A model generated the notes under the pieces. It saw only the letters and a program-made list of their open reading frames with translations. It did no database searches and had not been told where the DNA came from. Below are positions 1-8,375 of a DNA stretch of 20,000 nucleotides, in pieces (the stretch's first letter is position 1; each line of letters opens with the position of its first letter). The translations under genes and the position numbers were made by a program. Origin of the DNA: an uncultured virus (IMG/VR IMGVR_UViG_3300024346_000043) (lineage: Duplodnaviria > Heunggongvirae > Uroviricota > Caudoviricetes); the IMG/VR virus record IMGVR_UViG_3300024346_000043, one strand, 5' to 3'.

Positions 1-2879
1 TATGTTGCAGTTAGGGTAGCTGTGCCAGTATCTGCGCTCATAGCAGATATGCTATAAACACCTGTTTGAAGTATTGAAACTGATACTCCTGACTGATTAG
101 TTACACTATAAGTTATTCCAGAACCTGTTTTTTCAACAATACCGTCAAATACTTTAAAAGTACCTCCAGTACCAGTAAAGCTACTAACAGTACCTGCATT
201 ATCTGCAGTAACTACACTAGCTTCATTAGTTAAGAAACCACTAACTGCATTAGTACCATTAGTACCATTTGTACCATTTGTACCATTTGTACCATCTGTA
301 CCATTTGTACCATTTTTAGATTTATTTAGTGTAAATACTTTATCTAAAGTAGTAGTTCCGATTGTAGCCCTATATGTTGCGGTTCCAGCATCCGCACTAA
401 TTCCTGTAATTGATATAATACCTGTAGTACTAACAATAGTACTAGTCATACCTGTTTCTGACACTTTTGACCACGTAACACCATCAGCATTTGTTAACGG
501 AGTAGTGCCTCTAACAACTACTAATTGGCTGCTAAGAGGAAATTGTCCTGCTATAGGTGTGCCAGCAGTATCACAAGTAATAGTTTGATTTTCATTAACC
601 AAACCAGCGTTTAAACTGTCGTCACCTTCTTTTAATGCATAAACAGTAATTTGATCTGCTACAGTTCTGCTATTACCTGTAGCTTCCAGTCTTACTAATT
701 TAGTACCGCTAGAAAAACTAGGCAAAGTAAATGTAGCATTAGTTTGACCAGTTTGTGTAGTAAAAGTGGTACCGTTATCAGTAGATACTTTCCATACATA
801 TGCAGGACTAGCACCTAAATTAAACGGAGAACCTGTAAAAGTTATTATACTAGGAGATATTACACCCGTATTTTTAGCTGCCGCAAATACTTGACCTGTT
901 GCGGTAAGAACTATATTAGATCCAGGATTACCATCTACTGATTTATTTAAACTTAAAGTTTTTGTTTGAGTTACCCCGTTAACAGTTGCATTAAATACTG
1001 CTTCTGCAAAAGCATTGCTCAAACTATTAATAGTAACTAATCCTGTAGCATCAATGCTAAAGGATCCTGCGTCGCCGCCAGTATAACTTATTTTTGCAAA
1101 TGTTGCTTGGGGATTAGTTGTGTTATCTAATAATCTTTCGCCTAATGCAGCATATAATTTAGAAGTAAAGGGGAATTGTCCTGCTATTGGTGTACCGCTA
1201 CTATCACAACTAATTGTCTGATTTTCATTAGACAAACCAACTGTAAAAGCATCATCTCCTTCTTTTATACTATAAACTGAAAAAGTATCAAATGAACTGT
1301 AAACATCTTCTGTGGCAGTAGCGGTAATAGTTTTTCTAGAACCTGCTGCAAAACTGTTAAGTACAAAAGTGTTACCACTGGCTGTACCAATAGCCGCACT
1401 TGGTGCTATTCCGTCAACTAACCAAGTATAGGTTGGACTAATAAAATTACTTTGTGTAGCAGTAAGTACTATTGTTGAGGGACTTACTGTACTACTATTT
1501 TTAGCAGTAATAAACGCTTGTGCAGTTGCAGTTAAATCTACTGATCTAGCGGTAGCTCCGTCTACCCCTTGTTTTGCTTTGGCAAAACTTTGCGTAGTGA
1601 CTACATCTACAGTTACACCTGTAGTAGTAATTATTCTTATAGTATAGTCAATAGTTGCTACATCTGCAGTCATTGCAGCATGTGTATCATAATAAATATA
1701 GTTTGACCCAATTTGTGGTGTAGTATCTGCAGTAATACCTAAAGAATTTACTGATACTACACGCCAAGTTCCGTTTGAGTATGGACTAACATTGTCAACT
1801 GGTAAATATGCTGAACCTTCTAAAACTTTAAGAATAGTTCCGCTACCAGTATAACTAGCATTTACTGTTGTTCCGGCAGTAGTTGCTGGTATAGTATGGG
1901 ATTCATTGCTAGAAACTGCTGTAACTTGCTCAGTACCGTCATTGGTTCTAAAAATACTCATTGTATCTGAGGTAGTTCCAAGTGTAGCAGTAATTCTAGC
2001 ATTTCCTATGGTTACACCTTTTGCATCAAAATTTGCAGGTGTAATAGTAATAATGTTATTATTTTGAGTGAAAGCAACAACACCTAACGACACTCCTGCT
2101 CGAGTAAACCCAGTTACTGTAAATGTAGGGGTGCCGGTAAGGTTTGTTAAATTAGCAGTTACAATTATAGATGAGCTTACTGAGGCTGTAGAATATTGAT
2201 CTTTGTAAGCAAATTGATTAGCAGTAGCTGTTAAGTTAAGTATAGGCGCAGTTTGGCCTGCCTGTGCTTTGTAGACATTCCATACTGCTTCTAACGTTAT
2301 TCCGCCGTAAGTAGCAGTAAAAGTAACATTACCTGATGTTGCGGAAAGACCAGTACAAGAGTAAACTCCTGTACTGGCGTTAATAACTACTCCAGTAAGA
2401 TTAGTAGTACTACTTGCTTTAATAGCATAAACAGGGCCTGTAGTAGTTACGTCTTCTATGCCACTATATACTTTAAAAGTCCCAGTAGCTTGTGTAAAGT
2501 CTCCTCCAGTACCGTCTGTAGCTGTTGCAATAGGTACTGGATCATTTGTTAGGTACCCATAAACAGTTGTGCTATCAGCAAGAACTACTGCACTTAACTC
2601 AGAAGATATTGTGTATACCGCTGGATCGATAGCACTAATAAAAGCATACCTTACATAATACCTAGTTGCTGGAGTTAGTCCCGTAATAGGTACTGATAAT
2701 CCTACTCCATCAAAAATTAAAGTACCTTGATTATTTGCTGGGTTAAATCCAGTTGTAGTAGAGTACCATACTTTAACAGACGATAGGTCGTCTCTAATAT
2801 CTGTTGTTCTAACTGTATCGTATGGAGTAGTTAATACTAAATGTAGAGATTTTACGCCTGCGTATAAATTTGCCGCCAT
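1..2879 (-). CDS. Tail fibre / central-fibre adhesin with N-terminal FN3-like domain and tandem Ig-like repeats (3' end truncated by the window edge, at least 959 aa)
   Basis: Not in the ORF track because it has no stop in the window. ATG at 2879-2877 is preceded by AAGGA-TAAGC, 9 nt after the TAA of the upstream gene. Manual translation begins MAANLYAGVKSLHLVLTTPYDTVRTTDIRDDLSSVKVWYSTTTGFNP...GLTPATRYYVRYAF (FN3-like). All segments translated are in the same frame down to ...VYSISAMSADTGTATLTAT at the edge. It is Thr/Ser/Gly-rich with repeated beta-sandwich-like modules and lies directly after the tail tip gene. Confidence 0.85.
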   Translation of the reverse strand, partial: MAANLYAGVKSLHLVLTTPYDTVRTTDIRDDLSSVKVWYSTTTGFNPANNQGTLIFDGVGLSVPITGLTPATRYYVRYAFISAIDPAVYTISSELSAVVLADSTTVYGYLTNDPVPIATATDGTGGDFTQATGTFKVYSGIEDVTTTGPVYAIKASSTTNLTGVVINASTGVYSCTGLSATSGNVTFTATYGGITLEAVWNVYKAQAGQTAPILNLTATANQFAYKDQYSTASVSSSIIVTANLTNLTGTPTFTVTGFTRAGVSLGVVAFTQNNNIITITPANFDAKGVTIGNARITATLGTTSDTMSIFRTNDGTEQVTAVSSNESHTIPATTAGTTVNASYTGSGTILKVLEGSAYLPVDNVSPYSNGTWRVVSVNSLGITADTTPQIGSNYIYYDTHAAMTADVATIDYTIRIITTTGVTVDVVTTQSFAKAKQGVDGATARSVDLTATAQAFITAKNSSTVSPSTIVLTATQSNFISPTYTWLVDGIAPSAAIGTASGNTFVLNSFAAGSRKTITATATEDVYSSFDTFSVYSIKEGDDAFTVGLSNENQTISCDSSGTPIAGQFPFTSKLYAALGERLLDNTTNPQATFAKISYTGGDAGSFSIDATGLVTINSLSNAFAEAVFNATVNGVTQTKTLSLNKSVDGNPGSNIVLTATGQVFAAAKNTGVISPSIITFTGSPFNLGASPAYVWKVSTDNGTTFTTQTGQTNATFTLPSFSSGTKLVRLEATGNSRTVADQITVYALKEGDDSLNAGLVNENQTITCDTAGTPIAGQFPLSSQLVVVRGTTPLTNADGVTWSKVSETGMTSTIVSTTGIISITGISADAGTATYRATIGTTTLDKVFTLNKSKNGTNGTDGTNGTNGTNGTNGTNAVSGFLTNEASVVTADNAGTVSSFTGTGGTFKVFDGIVEKTGSGITYSVTNQSGVSVSILQTGVYSISAMSADTGTATLTAT
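253..315 (-). repeat. 9-bp tandem repeat (7 copies) encoding a collagen-like (Gly-Thr-Asn)n linker
   Basis: Plus-strand units: gtaccatta, gtaccattt x3, gtaccatct, gtaccattt x2. In the fibre frame it reads K-NGT-NGT-DGT-NGT-NGT-NGT-NGT-N. Confidence 0.95.
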
Positions 2880-2888
2880 GCTTATCCT

Positions 2889-5800
2889 TTATGTAATAGT
2901 TTTAACAACTATTGTTCCAAGAGTACTTGCAGTACTGTAATTATTTGTTCTGTCTACAGTTCTACAGGCTACTCTATATGTAACACCTGCTGCTGAAATT
3001 CTTGGCGCAGATTGATCTCGTAGATCAAATCGAGCGTCGCCAGTACTACGAATAATTTTAATATTATTTACGGTAGTATCTAGTTCCCAAAAATCTGAAG
3101 AACCTGTGTCTTTGTATAGTCTATACTCGTAAGTTAAAAAGTCTTTCTCTTGCGTAACTACAGAAGGCTTTGCCACAATAAATGTATGATCTAAATCCAT
3201 AGTCAGTGCTGGTGCTACTGATGCACTGATATTTTTACCATCATTTAAGAAAGTAAGAGTATCAGACCAAGGGCCTGCAATACTGTCTGTTGAATCTAAA
3301 TATCTGGCTCTTATTTTATATACTACGTCAGAAGTTAGTCCAGTAAATGTAAATCCGCTAGTTTCTTTATTTGTAATATACACAGTATTAGGGCTAGTAT
3401 CATTAAATAATATTTCGCTTCTAACTATATCAAATTGTACCTTTGTTGCTACACCAGGTAAATTTGGTGGATTTGAAAAAGAAGCAATAGCAATATTCTG
3501 ATAGTTGCCTATAGAAATTTGTTCTGCTAATGGGCTAGTACTATTAACACTAGTTATAATTGGAGGTAATGTAATAGAATTTTTTACCAAATCTGTATTA
3601 ACACTAGTAATATTAGCATTAAACACTAGTAACCCGCTTAAATCGTCTGTATATATCTGTGAAGAATAATCTGCTAACGTTAATTTTGCACTATAGTTAT
3701 TACTAGGTTCTACGACTATAACAATACATTCTTGTGTTGTTTTATTTAGTTCGCCTAACATAAATAAATTATCTACTTCAACAATGTCGCTGCCAGTAAT
3801 TGCAGATGTTAACGTAATACTGTCTGTATATCCAGTAGTAGTAATAACAGCTAGAGTTTTTGTCACGCTGCCAGCACCAGAACTATTTAAATTATTTGTT
3901 CTAAATAGTATAGTATAAGTTTTTCCAACTTCTAGGTATGCTGCTTCTGTGAGAGTAATTGTTGTTCCGTTTACAGATTTAACTCTGCCAGTACCAGTGC
4001 CCCAACGAGGAACATCGTGAGTAATTTTTACCAAATCTCCACGAGTACAAACCAACTGTTCAAAATCAACATTTAAACTATAAGTTTCTGGACGTAATTT
4101 AATTTGAGCAAAATGCCATCTAGCTAATCGCGTAGCTTGATCTGCATTTGTTACTCCTGGCAAAGAAAGTTGTTCAAATAATTCTGCTGCTTTTTTACCA
4201 CTAACAGCTGTTGCAGCATATCCATAATTATATATAATTAGTTCATTGGCTTGATAAGCTAGCGATTCATCAGGAATAGTAACTCTAAATGCATGCGGTA
4301 ATATAGGAAGGTTTTTTGTAGACTCAAAACCCCAGCTGTTATGTGGTGTAAAGTGTTGAGTTGTGTAAGCTCTTGGCTGATCTATTACAACGCCCCATTT
4401 ACCATCTACATATGTAGGGCTTGCTAACCCTGCTGCACATATATCTCGCAATGTATCCATTACGCTTTGTGTACTTGTTAATACACTATTATAAGTATAT
4501 TTTGGACAATATACAGCAGTACCTGTTCCGCTACCAACTCCGGTAGCGTAAAAACTTTCACCAATATTGTTAGATCCTGCGCCAATCGCAGTCCAGCTAG
4601 TAGTTCCTACAGAATTAATAGTATAGTATCTACCTACTACAAAACTTCCTGCGGTAATTGTTAATGGAACAGGGTTGCAGAAGTTGTGCCAAGCAGTTAA
4701 ACTGGTTAAATCAAGCTGCGAGAGTTTGGTAACTCTAAATGCATTGGCTGGATGCATTAGTACATATAAAAATAAACTTGCGGGATTATTAGTAGGGTGT
4801 TTTGGCCCTGTCCAAGAACTAGTTGCTCTATTATAGTCCCAAGTAATTGTTTGCACTAATGCATTAACTCCGTCGACAGTACCATTTACTTTATTAGTAC
4901 TTTGTATCCTTACAGCAGTTTTGGCTAAGTGACATCCCGGAGGATTAACCATTGGGCTAGCTTTACTGTCATAGCTAGTTACGTTACTTAATACTGCTTT
5001 ATGATATTTACGATAATCTGTTTCGTCTTCTGTTTCGTCACTAGTTAAACGTCTAACACGTATTTGATACCTTCCACGTGTTAAATTTTCTAAAGGGTGT
5101 ACATAATTAAAAGCATCTTTTCTATTTTCATAGAAACCAGATGTACCGAAAGTAATAATAGTATTAGCAGCTGCACGTATATTTAAACCAGTATTTGCAG
5201 TAAATCCAATAACAACACCTATAGCGGCTAATCCACCTTGGCTATTTCTACCTACTATAACTATTGTATGTGAACCTTTAGTAAGTTTAACAGAAGTTTC
5301 TACATAACTACCATACCCACCTTTAGGCAAACTTGCAACTTTAGTTCCATCAATGTATACTTCACCTTCGTCATCTGCTGATGCTTGAACAGTATAATAT
5401 CCTGTGTACGGAAAATTTACATTTGACTCAGTATGTGTCCATTCAGCAAGGCCACTAGTACTAGACCATACAGAAGTATTCTTTAATAGATTACACCAAT
5501 TTCCATAACTTCCAGGTATAACTACAGTAGACCCAATAGCAGCTATCTGTCTTGTTGTCCAGATTGTTTCATTGGCACCAGCTGCCACACTTGTAGCAGT
5601 TTCGGAGTATAGTTTACCAGCTTTAATACTTATTTTCTTTGTTGCTGAGTCAACCCATTCTCCGTTAAAATCAACAAGTTCTAGTGGTGTTACTGTTTGG
5701 GTTAATCCTATTACGCCTGCATAACTATTTATAGCAGTATTATCAACAGTTGCTGTGCCATTACTGGTTTGATACACAGTATATAGTTTTATATATCCTG

Positions 5801-7472
5801 TTGGAATAGTAGGTAAATAGTTCCAATCTTTGTTTATACCTAATAAATAGCTATAACTAGTGCTGTTGTATTTATCTTGTAACCATGTGCTAGCATTACT
5901 ACCAAGTGTATCTGTAACAGTCCCGTCAAATCTGGCAATACCACCGCTAGGACTCAGGCAAAAGATACTATATCTATATAAATTAGTTTCAGAATCTGGG
6001 TCTGCTGGTGGTGTTAGTATAGAAGTATATGCTTCGGCATCTAAAGTGGCAGCGTCTGCGTTACCGTTTTTATATATACCTAAACTAGTAGTGCTTGTTG
6101 TTGCATCCCATGATAACGTACTATAAGGTCGTGTTTGTAATTCTATTTGACAAGGAGTTGCGCTTGCTTTTCCATCTTTAACATTAATTTTACGCATGCC
6201 TTCTGGAAAGGTAAAAGCAATATCTATAGCGTCAGCATCTTGAGTAAGGGTTACTTCAGTCCATGCATTGCCATCAATTGCATTATTTACTAATTCAACA
6301 TTTTTAAATTGTTGTTCAACATCACGACCATATAGATTATCAAAGTCAGCAGTTGATTCTCCAGCAATTCCTTTTAATGTAACTGGACGTAATACTGTAG
6401 AGGGTAGCCCGTCATAGTACGTTTCTATTGCATTACCACCAATACAGATATCACTAACGTCAAGCGGCCCAAAACCCCATACAATAGCAGTGTTTAAAAT
6501 GCTTGTATCTTGTAATGATTTTACATAAGGTGTAGCTCCTAACATACCTGTAAAGCGTACCTTACCTAATACAACTGGGATAGCTCCAAATTTATTTGCT
6601 TGATTGCTAGAACCTGTAAATAAATTAAGTGCTGCAGCACTTCCAGGATCATTGCTGGTTGGCTGACGAACTGGAGCAATAGCATTAACTAGTGCCATGC
6701 CTGCCATGTTAATAGCCATTTGACCCACTGCAGTTTGTGTAGCTACAGTAGCGTTCGGTAAAAGCATTGCTCCAACATCTGGACCAAAGTTAAGTGCAAC
6801 AACCAATACAGCTACCATTAAAAGTAGTCGACGTGTGGAACCGCCTTCGGCAATGCTTTTATACGATACTTGTTGATCTTTGCGTAGTACAGTTGTTGTC
6901 CAATCTTTTTGTGGAACTACAATACCATCAACTACAATTACAATTTTATCAACAAGCGTTTTACTTACTTGATACTTGTCGTGCACAAAGTCAACCAAAT
7001 TTTGGACTGTAGTACCTTCTACAGTCCAATCTAAATTAGTACTCATTCTTAAGGGATGAGGTGCCCCTACAACTGCTATTTGAGCTTGTGTTGTATATTT
7101 ATAAAATCCTACAAAGCGGTTTTTCCACTTAATATTATCTAGGGATTCAATTACTGAATCCATGCCTTCGCGACAGTGTAAAAATTTACTATCACCTATG
7201 TATATACCCACGTGAGTAGGCTCGCCCATAATATTGAACAGACACAAGTCCCCAACATTAGGTGCGTTTAATTGTTCCCAGTTATCTATATGTGCGTTAA
7301 CTATGGAAACAATGGCAGGATCTTGCCCACCACTGTATTCTTGACTATAACTTGGTAGTTCAATATTAAGCTGATCTTTGTAATATAGTCGAGCTAATCC
7401 CCAGCAGTCTACACCAGCTTCAGTTCTGCCGTTTTCAAGGTAAGGTAACCCGATATATTTGTCATAATTCAT
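2889..7472 (-). CDS. Tail tip / baseplate hub protein: fusion of NlpC/P60 (gpK-like), gpI-like and gpJ-like (host specificity/central tail) regions, with a PA14-like insertion and C-terminal FN3-like domains
   Basis: 1527 aa. The N-terminus has GVDCWGL (C23) and HVGIYIGDSKFLHC (H87, H99), matching the NlpC/P60 catalytic motifs. Then SIAEGG, a hydrophobic stretch and GAIPVVLGKVRF (gpI-like). Then gpJ-like motifs IDIAFTFPEG, GRYQIRVRRLT, TNNPASLFLYVL, SLPGVTNADQA and RGDLVKI. The C-terminus is FN3-like (GLTSDVVYKIRARY...GPWS). It overlaps the upstream gene by TAATG. Confidence 0.85.
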   Translation of the reverse strand: MNYDKYIGLPYLENGRTEAGVDCWGLARLYYKDQLNIELPSYSQEYSGGQDPAIVSIVNAHIDNWEQLNAPNVGDLCLFNIMGEPTHVGIYIGDSKFLHCREGMDSVIESLDNIKWKNRFVGFYKYTTQAQIAVVGAPHPLRMSTNLDWTVEGTTVQNLVDFVHDKYQVSKTLVDKIVIVVDGIVVPQKDWTTTVLRKDQQVSYKSIAEGGSTRRLLLMVAVLVVALNFGPDVGAMLLPNATVATQTAVGQMAINMAGMALVNAIAPVRQPTSNDPGSAAALNLFTGSSNQANKFGAIPVVLGKVRFTGMLGATPYVKSLQDTSILNTAIVWGFGPLDVSDICIGGNAIETYYDGLPSTVLRPVTLKGIAGESTADFDNLYGRDVEQQFKNVELVNNAIDGNAWTEVTLTQDADAIDIAFTFPEGMRKINVKDGKASATPCQIELQTRPYSTLSWDATTSTTSLGIYKNGNADAATLDAEAYTSILTPPADPDSETNLYRYSIFCLSPSGGIARFDGTVTDTLGSNASTWLQDKYNSTSYSYLLGINKDWNYLPTIPTGYIKLYTVYQTSNGTATVDNTAINSYAGVIGLTQTVTPLELVDFNGEWVDSATKKISIKAGKLYSETATSVAAGANETIWTTRQIAAIGSTVVIPGSYGNWCNLLKNTSVWSSTSGLAEWTHTESNVNFPYTGYYTVQASADDEGEVYIDGTKVASLPKGGYGSYVETSVKLTKGSHTIVIVGRNSQGGLAAIGVVIGFTANTGLNIRAAANTIITFGTSGFYENRKDAFNYVHPLENLTRGRYQIRVRRLTSDETEDETDYRKYHKAVLSNVTSYDSKASPMVNPPGCHLAKTAVRIQSTNKVNGTVDGVNALVQTITWDYNRATSSWTGPKHPTNNPASLFLYVLMHPANAFRVTKLSQLDLTSLTAWHNFCNPVPLTITAGSFVVGRYYTINSVGTTSWTAIGAGSNNIGESFYATGVGSGTGTAVYCPKYTYNSVLTSTQSVMDTLRDICAAGLASPTYVDGKWGVVIDQPRAYTTQHFTPHNSWGFESTKNLPILPHAFRVTIPDESLAYQANELIIYNYGYAATAVSGKKAAELFEQLSLPGVTNADQATRLARWHFAQIKLRPETYSLNVDFEQLVCTRGDLVKITHDVPRWGTGTGRVKSVNGTTITLTEAAYLEVGKTYTILFRTNNLNSSGAGSVTKTLAVITTTGYTDSITLTSAITGSDIVEVDNLFMLGELNKTTQECIVIVVEPSNNYSAKLTLADYSSQIYTDDLSGLLVFNANITSVNTDLVKNSITLPPIITSVNSTSPLAEQISIGNYQNIAIASFSNPPNLPGVATKVQFDIVRSEILFNDTSPNTVYITNKETSGFTFTGLTSDVVYKIRARYLDSTDSIAGPWSDTLTFLNDGKNISASVAPALTMDLDHTFIVAKPSVVTQEKDFLTYEYRLYKDTGSSDFWELDTTVNNIKIIRSTGDARFDLRDQSAPRISAAGVTYRVACRTVDRTNNYSTASTLGTIVVKTIT

Positions 7473-8014
7473 TAGAATAATCCTGGAAAATAACTAGGTG
7501 TAAAATTAAAACTTGGGAACGGTTCTTTGTTATAACTAACCATACTTAGATTTAAAGTAATAGCTTCAGCATTATAAGTTACATTGTTTATGTAAAACTC
7601 AGAAAAACTAGCCTCTACATAATTAGGTGTACTAGATAATACTAATTCTATTAGTACCTTTGTTTGAGAAAACAAGTGTGCTCTAACAAGTTCAATAGCT
7701 TCTGGAGTTACATAATTTAACGTAATAGAACACTCACCAACTCCTGTTTCTTGCTCAGCAGGCAAATTAAGTTGCATTGGTAAAAATATAAATTCATTAC
7801 TACGACTTGTTACGCCGTATATTACTTCTGCGTCTGTTGTTGCTGACAATCTACCTATATAGCCATCTGCTAATCTAACAGGTGTAGTCGTTGCGGCTGG
7901 ATCTGTAGAACCATTAGGATCAAAAATAGTAAATAGCATAATAAGCTGTTGATCCGTCTCGGACGAAAACATAGCTTTAATAGCAGCTGAAGATAATGTA
8001 TTAATGCGACTCAT
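7472..8014 (-). CDS. Minor tail protein, DUF1833 / lambda gpL N-terminal-like
   Basis: 180 aa, lying between Dit and the NlpC/P60 domain. Motifs FIFLPMQLNLP, ELVLSSTPNYVE and C-terminal EPFPSFNFTPSYFPGLF are typical of DUF1833-type proteins. ATGA overlap with the upstream gene. Confidence 0.75.
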   Translation of the reverse strand: MSRINTLSSAAIKAMFSSETDQQLIMLFTIFDPNGSTDPAATTTPVRLADGYIGRLSATTDAEVIYGVTSRSNEFIFLPMQLNLPAEQETGVGECSITLNYVTPEAIELVRAHLFSQTKVLIELVLSSTPNYVEASFSEFYINNVTYNAEAITLNLSMVSYNKEPFPSFNFTPSYFPGLF

Positions 8015-8373
8015 GGCAATATTTCAAACTTTAAAGATGTTTTCCAGTAACCGGGAGCTAAATATTCTAAACCGTAAAATTCTCCCTCACCTTGAGGAAC
8101 TATTCTGGCTTCGACTGTAGTATAGGTTCTAGGGTGTGGAAAACTAAATCGTTTAACACCTACTAGCGTATCTTTAATAAAAGTTTCTAGTGTGTTAGTT
8201 TGTGCTGTTGTTAGGATAAAGGAAAGGTCCATTGTATTAGGACGCTTTCCTCTGTTTCTCATTTTTGCAGGTCCGGCATCCATTGGAGAACGTATGATGT
8301 TCTGTCCAACGGATTCCTTAAAACCTTTTTGAGGTGATTGTGGTAAGGTTGCAGGCCAAATTGGTATTGCCAT
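8011..8373 (-). CDS. Distal tail protein (Dit; lambda gpM-like minor tail protein)
   Basis: 120 aa directly after the TMP. Motifs WPATLPQ, IIRSPMDAGPAKMRNR and FSFPHP. SD AAGGAG upstream. Confidence 0.75.
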   Translation of the reverse strand: MAIPIWPATLPQSPQKGFKESVGQNIIRSPMDAGPAKMRNRGKRPNTMDLSFILTTAQTNTLETFIKDTLVGVKRFSFPHPRTYTTVEARIVPQGEGEFYGLEYLAPGYWKTSLKFEILP

Positions 8374-8375
8374 AT

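Noticed and set aside
253..315. Tandem repeat as a CRISPR array or DGR element
   Set aside because: The 9-bp units have no spacers and are in-frame coding. No cas or reverse transcriptase gene is in the window, and the fibre repeats differ at all base types rather than only at adenines.
5860..7012. Plus-strand ORFs 5860-6126 and 6794-7012
   Set aside because: They are antisense shadows of the tail tip gene, with no recognisable motifs.
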